The notes beneath the pieces were generated by a model. It saw nothing but the letters and a program-made list of their open reading frames with translations. It searched no databases and was not told the origin of the DNA. A stretch of 63,484 nucleotides of DNA, the filler included. It is 6 parts of 6 records of this genome, joined end to end, with 100 filler letters (N's around TTAATTAATTAA, not from the genome) between each part and the next. Parts side by side here need not be neighbours in the genome. Positions count along the whole stretch, not along the records: positions 13,371 to 18,664 come from SRR20825019_2649; positions 18,765 to 33,341 come from SRR20825019_2651; 4 more parts are not named here. One strand, written 5' to 3'. Shown one piece after another: positions 13,860 through 21,941 of the stretch (positions are counted from its first letter, which is position 1; every line of letters begins with the position of its first letter). A program made the position numbers and the translations under genes.

Positions 13860-14093
13860 ATGGCGCTAAGCTACAAAGCACGGCGGCGTTGGTCGTTGAT
13901 CATCCTGCTGGTCGGGCTGCCGCTCTATGTGATCCTTGCGGTCAACATCGTGGCGCTGTTCGACCGGCCGTCGATCTGGGTCGAACTGCTGGTCTATGTG
14001 GGGCTTGGCGTCTTGTGGGCCTTCCCGCTCAAGGCCGTGTTCAAGGGGGTCGGGCAACCGGACCCCGACGCCGACCAGAGCACGGGCAAATGA
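13860..14093 (+). CDS. Small two-TM membrane protein (DUF2842-like)
   Basis: MALSYKARRRWSLIILLVGLPLY...GVLWAFPLKAVFKGVGQPDPD, directly after purA with a GGGGG ribosome-binding site. Confidence 0.8.
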   Translation: MALSYKARRRWSLIILLVGLPLYVILAVNIVALFDRPSIWVELLVYVGLGVLWAFPLKAVFKGVGQPDPDADQSTGK

Positions 14094-14464
14094 TGCAGGC
14101 CGCGGCGCCGATCCCGGTCCTGCGCAGTTTCGATGCGGCCAAGGCGCGCGAATTCTACGTGGATTTCCTGGGGTTCGAGGTGGTGTTCGAGCACCGCTTT
14201 GCGCCCGACCTGCCGTTGTATATGAGCCTGCGCATGGGCGACTGCGAGGTGCATCTGTCCGAACATCATGGCGATGCGTCGCCGGGGGCTGCGCTGCGCA
14301 TCGGGGTGCCGGATGTGGCGGCCTATGCCGCAGCGCTGTGCGCCAAGAACTATGGTTTTGCCCGCCCGGGCGTCCAGCGGCAACCTTACGGAATGGACGA
14401 TATGAGCGTGGCCGATCCCTTTGGCAACCGCCTGATCTTTTGCACGCCGGTGCCGGACAGCTAA
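14090..14464 (+). CDS. VOC/glyoxalase superfamily protein
   Basis: PIPVLRSFD..KAREFYVDFLGF..FEHRF..LHLSEHHGD-like segment..DPFGNRLIFC. The start overlaps the upstream stop (ATGA). Confidence 0.9.
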   Translation: MMQAAAPIPVLRSFDAAKAREFYVDFLGFEVVFEHRFAPDLPLYMSLRMGDCEVHLSEHHGDASPGAALRIGVPDVAAYAAALCAKNYGFARPGVQRQPYGMDDMSVADPFGNRLIFCTPVPDS

Positions 14465-14477
14465 CCCCCAAATGCCA

Positions 14478-14505
14478 AAACGGCGGACCCGAAGGCCCGC
14501 CGTTT
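14478..14505. terminator. Probable bidirectional intrinsic terminator
   Basis: AAACGGCGG...CCGCCGTTT stem between convergent genes. Confidence 0.7.
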
Positions 14506-14527
14506 CAGTCTCTTTCAGCTGTGGCAG

Positions 14528-16660
14528 TCAGCCTGCGGCGCGTTGGTCGGGGCGGAACCCGATATCGCCCGAGACAACAAAGCGCCCGCCTTTGATCTTT
14601 TCGATCTTCCCGGCCCGGAGCAGTTGGCCAAAGGAACGCAGGCCGTCTTCGCGGCTAAAGTCGGTGCCGATCACCTGACGCACTTTGGTCATCAGCTGTG
14701 GACGCGAGAACTGGTCGCGCTGTTCCACAAAGGCCAGATAGGCGGCGGCGGCCTCCAACAGGTCGGGCAGTTCATGCGCGCCCATGTCTTCGGCAAATTC
14801 GGCAAAGCTGTGTGTGGCGTTGCCGGTGTCCGCAACGGCAACGGGCTGTTCCACGCGGCGCGGGCGCACCGGTGTGGACAAGGGGGCCGGTTGAACGGCG
14901 TCAACACGCTGTTCGGCCACCAGTTTCAGCGGTGCGGGGCGTTGCGTGTCAGGACGACGGTCACGGCCTGTGCCACGCAGTTCGGGGCGGCGCGGTCTGA
15001 CCACGTCGGCCAGATCGGTCTGGTAGGCGCGCACTTCCAGCGCATCCTCGGCCAGTTTGTCGCCGACAATACCGTCGTCCGAGTTCTTCGCAGCCACAGC
15101 CGCCCGCAGGTGGGCAAAGGCATCGCGGCGGCGCGCGCTTTCGGGTTCACCCATTTCGGCGTCGGTCTTGGCCATCAGGCGGGCCACATCACCGTCGTCT
15201 GCGGCGTCTTCCAGCTTGGCCGCAGCGGTGCGGGCCACGTGGGCGGCGCGGGCTGCTTCGTCCTCGTCGGCTTCATTTTCGATCAGGCCTGCTTCGACAT
15301 CAGCCAGTTCGCGCAGCAGGGCGTCTTCGTCTTCCTCGGAAAGCGAGGAGCTGTTGGCCGTCGCGGATGTTGCGTTCAGGTCGTCCTCATCGTCGGCCAT
15401 CTCTTCAAGATTGCCTTGCGCGATGGCGGCTTCCAGATCGGCGCGCTTGACCTTGACGATACGGGTGATGCGCGGGGCAGGGGCAGCGGCGTCTTCTGCG
15501 CTGTCCTCGTGCTCGACGATCATGATCTCTTCATCGTCGTCATCCGTATCATCGCTGTCGTCAAAGAGGTTCATGTCGTCGGTGTCTGTGTCGTCGCCGG
15601 ACATGACTTGGTCATCCGCGTCCTCTTCCGAGGTTTCGCCGTCCAGACGGGCCAGGATCGCCGCGACGTCGCCGTCGTCCTCATCTTCGGCCACAGTCAT
15701 GGTGTCGTCTTCGTCCAGCACGGCGCTTGCTTCGGCTGCGGCTTCGGCGATCACCTCTGACGCGGTGCTTTCGCGGGCCACGTCCTGCGCGTCGTCATCC
15801 TCGTCCTGCGCCATCATCGCGTTCATCAGCGCATCGTCCTCAGCGGCCTGCGCGTCGTCATCTTCGAAAGCGTCGTCTTCAAAATTCTCGTCCGCGTGGA
15901 TGGCGTCGGACAGCAGTTCCTCGGCGTGTTCATCCTCGGAATAATCGTCGTCCAGATCCTCGTCGTCGGCTTGCGACACCACGGCGCGGATACGCTCTAG
16001 CTTGGCTGCGATGCTGTCGGCATGGGGGATCACGCGGTCGCGGGGTGTGCTTTCGACGGCTTCGGCCACGGCCATCGTGGTCTGTTCGTCTTCTTCGGCG
16101 TCAGATTCTGCGGTGTCTTCGGTCGCGTCGGTAAAGAAGGCTTCGGGGGCGCTGTCTTCGAAGGTCTCTTCCTCGGCCACTGAGTCGGGCGCTGTGTGCA
16201 GCATGTCGCCCGCCTTGGCGTGGTCAAAGGCGTCGTCAATGTCGTCACTCTGTTGCATGTCCGCATCCGCGTTGTCGTCCTGCAGCTGGACGGCATCGGT
16301 TTCCGGGACCATGTCGGGGGCGACTTCGGGGGCGGCCTCTGTCTCTTTTGGTGCGGCCGGGGCAACAGGTGCGGCAGCGGCCGGTGCAGCAGGTGCCGCT
16401 TCGGGTGCGGTGGCACTCAGGAAAATGCGGCCCTCGTTCATGCGCGCCTCGACGCGACGGGCGATTTCGCGCTCTGCGATACGTGCCAGCATCTCGGCGT
16501 CGGGTTGCGGAGGTTCAGCACCAAAGTAACGGTCATCGCTGGCCAAATCGCGGAAATACTCCGCAATGGCTTTCATTGTGTGGAAAGAATCGTCAAACCC
16601 TTCCAACGTGCACGAAAAGGTGCCGTAGGAGACCGTTAAAATTTTATTGTTACTGATCAT
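14528..16660 (-). CDS. Hypothetical protein, 710 aa: ordered termini around a long Asp/Glu-rich low-complexity core
   Basis: Long ORF with a GAGG ribosome-binding site. N-terminus KILTVSYGTFSCTLEGFDDSF, acidic centre, C-terminus resembling a winged helix (FSRPQLM...LRSFGQLLRAGKIEKIKGGRF). Confidence 0.85.
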   Translation of the reverse strand: MISNNKILTVSYGTFSCTLEGFDDSFHTMKAIAEYFRDLASDDRYFGAEPPQPDAEMLARIAEREIARRVEARMNEGRIFLSATAPEAAPAAPAAAAPVAPAAPKETEAAPEVAPDMVPETDAVQLQDDNADADMQQSDDIDDAFDHAKAGDMLHTAPDSVAEEETFEDSAPEAFFTDATEDTAESDAEEDEQTTMAVAEAVESTPRDRVIPHADSIAAKLERIRAVVSQADDEDLDDDYSEDEHAEELLSDAIHADENFEDDAFEDDDAQAAEDDALMNAMMAQDEDDDAQDVARESTASEVIAEAAAEASAVLDEDDTMTVAEDEDDGDVAAILARLDGETSEEDADDQVMSGDDTDTDDMNLFDDSDDTDDDDEEIMIVEHEDSAEDAAAPAPRITRIVKVKRADLEAAIAQGNLEEMADDEDDLNATSATANSSSLSEEDEDALLRELADVEAGLIENEADEDEAARAAHVARTAAAKLEDAADDGDVARLMAKTDAEMGEPESARRRDAFAHLRAAVAAKNSDDGIVGDKLAEDALEVRAYQTDLADVVRPRRPELRGTGRDRRPDTQRPAPLKLVAEQRVDAVQPAPLSTPVRPRRVEQPVAVADTGNATHSFAEFAEDMGAHELPDLLEAAAAYLAFVEQRDQFSRPQLMTKVRQVIGTDFSREDGLRSFGQLLRAGKIEKIKGGRFVVSGDIGFRPDQRAAG

Positions 16661-16793
16661 AATAGGCGTCCTCTGCGGTGCTGCAGGCTTGGGTATTGTT
16701 GAATGGCGCGGCCAAACCAGCCCGAATCTGTGCCCGACACGGTATCATTTTAAGGCGACTTTGTGACTTGTTTCCAAATATGAGGCTAATACC

Positions 16794-17453
16794 GTGAAAG
16801 ATGGCGTGATCGTTGAAAGTGCAGTGCCGGTGACATTGATCGGCGGCGGTGCAGGCAGCGCCGCTGATGTGGCTTTTTCACGCGCACTTGCCCCGGTCTG
16901 CGTGGCCGCCGATGGCGGCGCCATGCTGGCCCTCGAGGCGGGCGTCATGCCCGATGCCGTGATCGGCGATTTCGACAGTTTGCCCGAGGATATTCGTGCC
17001 CGGATCCCCCCGAAACAGCTTTATCACATCTCGGAACAGTCCAGCACCGATTTCGACAAGGCATTGCGCAACATTTCGGCACCTTTGGTGATCGCTGTCG
17101 GTTTTACAGGGGAACGGCTGGATCATCAACTGGCGGCTTTTCATGTGCTGGCTGCCCACAACGCGCGTCCCTGTATCATGCTGGGGGCGACCGAAGTGAT
17201 CTTTCATTGCCCCGCCCAGGTGGATTTGCCCGTGACGCAAGGCGATGTCGTATCATTGTTTCCGATGCAGAAAGTGTCAGGACGATCGACCGGGTTGGAA
17301 TGGCCGATTGACGGGTTGGAGTTTCACCCGATGCGCCTGATCGGCACGTCGAACCGCGCTACGGGAGCGGTTCGGCTGTGGATGGACTGGCCGGGGATGC
17401 TGTGCATCGCGCCACGGCGCATTCTGCCCGAGCTGGTTCAGGCATTGATCTAA
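16794..17453 (+). CDS. thiN: Thiamine pyrophosphokinase
   Basis: VAADGGA, PDAVIGDFDSL, TDFDKAL, RLDHQLA, STGLEWP, GTSN motifs. Confidence 0.92.
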   Translation: MKDGVIVESAVPVTLIGGGAGSAADVAFSRALAPVCVAADGGAMLALEAGVMPDAVIGDFDSLPEDIRARIPPKQLYHISEQSSTDFDKALRNISAPLVIAVGFTGERLDHQLAAFHVLAAHNARPCIMLGATEVIFHCPAQVDLPVTQGDVVSLFPMQKVSGRSTGLEWPIDGLEFHPMRLIGTSNRATGAVRLWMDWPGMLCIAPRRILPELVQALI

Positions 17454-18364
17454 GCGATCGGCGGCACCCGCATCTGCCGCCGCGCGACGCTGTGTTCGCG
17501 CAGCACCACATAAAGACCCGCAGCGATTGTTATCATGATGCCGACCGTCGCCAGCCCGTTGGGCAGATCGCGGAACACCACATAGCCGATGGCCGTGGCA
17601 AAGGGGATCTCGAGGTATTGCATCGGCGCCAGCGTCGCCGAGGGCGCAAAGCGCAGCGACCATGTCATCATCAGGTGCCCCAATGTCCCGAACAGGCCGA
17701 TGCCCACCAGCAACAACGCCTCGCGTCCGTCGGGCATACGCATCGCCAGCCCCGCCACATCGTCGGAAAACAGCCACAACAGCGGCGACATGATCGCAAC
17801 GGCCATTCCGCCCGACACCGCCTGCAGCCCTACAGGGTCCGTTTCCTTGGCGATCTGGCGGGTGACCAGCATGAACAGGGCAAAGGTCACCGCCACGAAC
17901 AGGGGCCACAGCGCGGGCCAACCGACATTGGCAAAGCTGGGCTGCACCACCAGCATCGTTCCGCAAAACCCGACGGCACAGGCGATCAGACGGCGCGACC
18001 CGACCTCTTCGCCCAGAACGAATTTGCCCAGCAACAGCATGATGAACGGCATGACGAACGCAATCGCCACCGCATCGGCCAGTGGCAGATAGCGCAGGGC
18101 GGTGAACATGCCGCCAATGCCCGCGATGTGCAGCAAGGTGCGGATGAACGTCAGCCGCAGCACACGGCCCCGCATCTTCCATTGGCGTCCGGTCAGCCAG
18201 ACCAGCGGGATCAGCACGATCACCTGCACCATGAACCGGCACCACAGCAATTGCCCCAGCGACAGCGACTGGCCGATGACCTTGGCCAGCGCATCGCCCA
18301 TCGGGGCAACCACGCAAAAGCCGAGCATCAACATGATACCTAGAAGGGGGCGATCCTGATCCAT
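17450..18364 (-). CDS. DMT/EamA family transporter
   Basis: About 10 hydrophobic helices; [32 protein letters not shown]. The start at MDQDRP is preferred over the track's 18400. Confidence 0.9.
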   Translation of the reverse strand: MDQDRPLLGIMLMLGFCVVAPMGDALAKVIGQSLSLGQLLWCRFMVQVIVLIPLVWLTGRQWKMRGRVLRLTFIRTLLHIAGIGGMFTALRYLPLADAVAIAFVMPFIMLLLGKFVLGEEVGSRRLIACAVGFCGTMLVVQPSFANVGWPALWPLFVAVTFALFMLVTRQIAKETDPVGLQAVSGGMAVAIMSPLLWLFSDDVAGLAMRMPDGREALLLVGIGLFGTLGHLMMTWSLRFAPSATLAPMQYLEIPFATAIGYVVFRDLPNGLATVGIMITIAAGLYVVLREHSVARRQMRVPPIA

Positions 18365-18418
18365 AAGCCGCACGCTAGGTGCGGCATTTGGAATTGGCAA
18401 TTGCCGGTGCGCAAAATG

Positions 18419-18664
18419 TCAGCAGTTCGGAACGTTGACCGCCAGCCCGCCCAACGAGGTTTCCTTGTACTTCTCGGACATATCCGCGCCGGTCTGGCGC
18501 ATGGTTTCGATGCATGCGTCCAGCGGCACCAGATGGGTGCCATCCCCGCGCAGGGCCAGCGATGCGGCGCTGACCGCCTTGATCGCGCCCAGACCGTTGC
18601 GTTCGATACAGGGCACCTGCACGAGACCTTTGACCGGATCGCAGGTCATGCCCAGATGATGCTC
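18419..18664 (-). CDS. sdaA: L-serine ammonia-lyase, C-terminal part
   Basis: [23 protein letters not shown]...[16 protein letters not shown]. Confidence 0.95.
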   Translation of the reverse strand, partial: EHHLGMTCDPVKGLVQVPCIERNGLGAIKAVSAASLALRGDGTHLVPLDACIETMRQTGADMSEKYKETSLGGLAVNVPNC

Positions 18665-18764
18665 NNNNNNNNNNNNNNNNNNNNNNNNNNNNNNNNNNNN
18701 NNNNNNNNTTAATTAATTAANNNNNNNNNNNNNNNNNNNNNNNNNNNNNNNNNNNNNNNNNNNN
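18665..18764. other. Artificial contig spacer
   Basis: N-run with TTAATTAATTAA. Confidence 0.98.
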
Positions 18765-20087
18765 CGATTGGAAGATCGCGAGACCTTTCACAGCAATGGC
18801 CGGCTCGCGCTGCTCGCCCTCGTGGTGATTCTCAACATCAGCATGATTCGGGCGGTTTACTCGCTCGGCTCGATGAGCTTCTTTCTCGAAAATAGCGACT
18901 GGGCTTCGACGCTGCCCTACATCGCGCTCTCCGCCTTTGCTCCGCTGATTGTCGCCATTCTGATTGACGCCGGTTCGGCCATATTCATGGCGCTGTTTAT
19001 TTCGATCTTCACCGGGGTCATTTACGGCAACCGACTCGACATCCTTGTGATCACCTTCCTCGCCTCGACTGTGGCGATCTTCGCTTCACGCGATGTGCGC
19101 AAACGCAGCCGGGTCGTGCGCGCCGCCGCCTATGGTGGCCTTACCGTGGCGATTTTCGCCCTGCTCGTCGGGTTCGCCGATCAACTGCCGCTGGATACAT
19201 TGACGAAGCAGTTCGGGGCCGGGCTCATTTCCGGAGCGTTCACCGGCATTCTTGTCGTCGGACTGCTCCCCGTGCTCGAAAGCCTGTTTAAACGCACGAC
19301 CGACATCACCCTGCTGGAGCTGACTGATTACAATCATCGTCTTCTCCGCCAGATGCAGATGCAGGCTCCCGGCACCTATCATCATTCCCTGATGGTCGCT
19401 CAGCTCTCCGAGAATGCCGCCAATGCCATCGGTGCCAATCCGCTCCTCGCTCGTGTCTGTGCCCTCTACCACGATATCGGCAAAACGGTGAAACCCGAAT
19501 ATTTCATCGAAAATCAGCGCAACGGCGTAAATCCCCACGACGATAACAACCCGTCGCTCTCCGCCCTGATTATCAAGAGTCACGTGAAGGAAGGCGTTGA
19601 TCTGGCCCGCAAACACCACCTCCCGCGCGCCATTATCAATGTCATTCGGCAGCATCACGGCACGTCGCTTATTCGCTATTTTTATCACCGGGCCGTCACC
19701 GATTCACGGGACAGCGCAGCGCCGTTCCTCAGCGCCCAACAACGCGGTCCGCTCCTCCCGGGGATCAACCCCGCCGATGTTTGCGAAACCACCTATCGTT
19801 ACGATGGCCCCATTCCCCGCTTCACCGAAAGTGCAATCATTTCGCTGGCTGATAGTGTCGAAGCTGCCTCGCGCAGTCTGCGTAAAGTCAGTCCGCAACA
19901 CATCGGTGAACTGATCGATTCCATCTTCCGGCACCACATCGACGACCATCAACTCGACGATGCCCCACTCACCTTCGCCCAGCTCACCAAGATCAAGGCC
20001 AGCTTCAATCACACGATGCTTAACATGCTCCATTCGCGCGTGGATTACCCGAAGGAAGAAAAGCCCGACGCCACGCCCAAGGCATGA
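18765..20087 (+). CDS. 7TM-HDIG phosphohydrolase (PgpH/YqfF-like), 5'-truncated
   Basis: TM helices followed by APGTYHHSLMV, YHDIGK, FIENQ, HHGT, RYDGPIP, LADSVEAASRSL; located upstream of ybeY. Confidence 0.92.
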   Translation, partial: RLEDRETFHSNGRLALLALVVILNISMIRAVYSLGSMSFFLENSDWASTLPYIALSAFAPLIVAILIDAGSAIFMALFISIFTGVIYGNRLDILVITFLASTVAIFASRDVRKRSRVVRAAAYGGLTVAIFALLVGFADQLPLDTLTKQFGAGLISGAFTGILVVGLLPVLESLFKRTTDITLLELTDYNHRLLRQMQMQAPGTYHHSLMVAQLSENAANAIGANPLLARVCALYHDIGKTVKPEYFIENQRNGVNPHDDNNPSLSALIIKSHVKEGVDLARKHHLPRAIINVIRQHHGTSLIRYFYHRAVTDSRDSAAPFLSAQQRGPLLPGINPADVCETTYRYDGPIPRFTESAIISLADSVEAASRSLRKVSPQHIGELIDSIFRHHIDDHQLDDAPLTFAQLTKIKASFNHTMLNMLHSRVDYPKEEKPDATPKA

Positions 20088-20593
20088 ACGACGTGCGAAG
20101 CATTGGTATCGCGAATCAGCATCCGCAACTGCAGATCGACCGACGGGCGATCAGGCAAGTCATCACCACACTCGACGCCCATGCCGAGCGTTTCGATACC
20201 CGCACCGTCCAATCAAAAATCCAAATTCCTCCCGGCTGTCCTCCCGGTGAACTCTCCCTCGTATTCCTGACCGATCCCGCCCTCGCCCAGCTCCACGCCG
20301 ATTTCCTCAGTGATCCCACCGTCACCGATGTGATCACATTTGAAGGAGATCCGACCCTTTTCACTGCAGGTGAAATTTGTGTTTCCGCTGACCGCGCCGT
20401 CCACTATGCGGAATCGCATCAGCGCGATTTTTCAACCGAGCTCACTCTCTATCTGGTTCACGGATGGCTTCATCTTGCCGGTTACGACGATCTCGAACCC
20501 GCCAAGAAACGTCGGATGCGGGCGGCCGAAGCTCGCGCCATGGACATTCTCGCGACCGAGGGAGTCAGGCCGGGCTTTGTTTTGCGCAAATAA
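20084..20593 (+). CDS. ybeY: rRNA maturation endoribonuclease YbeY
   Basis: TDVITF, GEICVS, HGWLHLAGYDD (third His replaced by Asp). Confidence 0.9.
   Translation: MNDVRSIGIANQHPQLQIDRRAIRQVITTLDAHAERFDTRTVQSKIQIPPGCPPGELSLVFLTDPALAQLHADFLSDPTVTDVITFEGDPTLFTAGEICVSADRAVHYAESHQRDFSTELTLYLVHGWLHLAGYDDLEPAKKRRMRAAEARAMDILATEGVRPGFVLRK
20211..20231 (+). repeat. Short AATCNAA heptamer run inside ybeY
   Basis: AATCAAA AATCCAA ATTCCTC, translated QSKIQIP. Confidence 0.45.
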
Positions 20594-20637
20594 TTTTGCC
20601 AGTGCGCCATTCTGGTGTGAGAGTGCGACCATCACCC

Positions 20638-21309
20638 ATGTCTGACGATCACTCGCGTTTCATCACCTTTCGCAATGCCCTCTTCACAGGACTGATTCTG
20701 CTCGCCCCCCTGGTCATCAGTTTATGGGCCCTCAGTAAAATCATCGAGATTGTCGGCGGGACCGTGCGTCCCATCTTCGTCGTTTTCCTACCGGAGTTCA
20801 TCAAGGATGCCGATCATCTCAATCTCCTCTGGGACGCTCTTTCGACCATCATCGTCCTGCTGCTGGTCGCCCTTCTCGGTTACGTCTCACGCTATGTTTT
20901 CGGCAAGTATCTCCTTGGGGTAGGTGAGAGGATCATGCTTGGCATCCCCGGAGTCAGCGCGGTTTACAACACCGTGAAACAGATCGTCGACACCTTCGGC
21001 TCACAGAAGCGCAATTTGTTTAGCAAAGTGGTCATGATCGAGTTTCCCCGCAAAGGCACCTGGGTCATCGCGTTTCTGACCAGTGAAGGTCGCGGAGAAC
21101 CGCAGGCGAGGACCCCCGAAAAAATCTCAACTGTCTTCGTTCCCACCACTCCCAATCCTACCAGCGGATTTCTGATCCTCGTGCCGGATGCGGAAATCAA
21201 GGAACTCGAAATGACCGTGAGCGAAGGCATGAAGTTGATCATTTCCGGCGGTGGGGTCGTCCCAGAATGGCCGGTCGCAAACACTGAGTCGCTCAAGAGC
21301 ACCATCTAA
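20638..21309 (+). CDS. DUF502 family membrane protein
   Basis: IPGVSAVYNTVKQI, VMIEFPRKG, VFVPTTPNPTSGFL, EGMKLIISGG. ATG at 20638. Confidence 0.92.
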   Translation: MSDDHSRFITFRNALFTGLILLAPLVISLWALSKIIEIVGGTVRPIFVVFLPEFIKDADHLNLLWDALSTIIVLLLVALLGYVSRYVFGKYLLGVGERIMLGIPGVSAVYNTVKQIVDTFGSQKRNLFSKVVMIEFPRKGTWVIAFLTSEGRGEPQARTPEKISTVFVPTTPNPTSGFLILVPDAEIKELEMTVSEGMKLIISGGGVVPEWPVANTESLKSTI

Positions 21310-21325
21310 ATCAACGAAGCCCTCC

Positions 21326-21937
21326 GTGCCCCGCCCATCCCAGCACGTCGAAGCGTTTGTGCTCTTGAAACGTCCTCCCTCGGATACGTTTCAAAACTAC
21401 ACTGTTTTCTCCGCCGAGCATGGCAATTTTTTGGTGCTCCAGCGCGTTTCCAAAAAATCCACTTCACCCACTCTGGATCTCTTCGATGAAGCCTCGCTTC
21501 ACATCGAAACTTCCAATCAGGGACAGACTTGGTTCGTCAAGGAATCCCAACTGATCACCCGCCACGAGGGAATCGGTCGAAGCTATCAATCACTTCTCCA
21601 CGCGTCCCACTTTGGAGCGATGATCGCCCGCAATCACGTCCCTGAGGAAAGCCGCGATCAAGTGGCCGCCCTCCTCCGTCAGGTCTTCACCGCCTTTGCT
21701 ACCGCGGTGCGACCGGACATCGCACATTTCAAGGCCCTCTATTGCTTCGCCCGCGACGAAGGCTATCCGATCAAACAGCACTGGATCCCCACCCTTCCTT
21801 CAGAAGATCGCCAACGTGTCGCCACACTGCTCAATCAGCCTCTCGCAGAACAGAAGGCCCTCCCGGCGGCCGTGACCCGCCTCCATCTCCGTTTGGAAGA
21901 ATATCTCAAGGGCCACACCGAAATCCTGATCGATTAA
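21326..21937 (+). CDS. Divergent RecO-like protein
   Basis: N-terminal pattern like the RecO OB fold (VEAFVLLKRP...TVFSAEHG...LDLFDE) and a helical C-terminus (F..LYCFARDEGY); ybeY neighbourhood. No Zn-finger cysteines. GTG start inferred. Confidence 0.6.
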   Translation: MPRPSQHVEAFVLLKRPPSDTFQNYTVFSAEHGNFLVLQRVSKKSTSPTLDLFDEASLHIETSNQGQTWFVKESQLITRHEGIGRSYQSLLHASHFGAMIARNHVPEESRDQVAALLRQVFTAFATAVRPDIAHFKALYCFARDEGYPIKQHWIPTLPSEDRQRVATLLNQPLAEQKALPAAVTRLHLRLEEYLKGHTEILID

Positions 21938-21941
21938 CCTC

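Noticed and set aside
14543-15944. Long plus-strand ORFs opposite the acidic protein
   Set aside because: Antisense shadows caused by the biased codons of the real gene.
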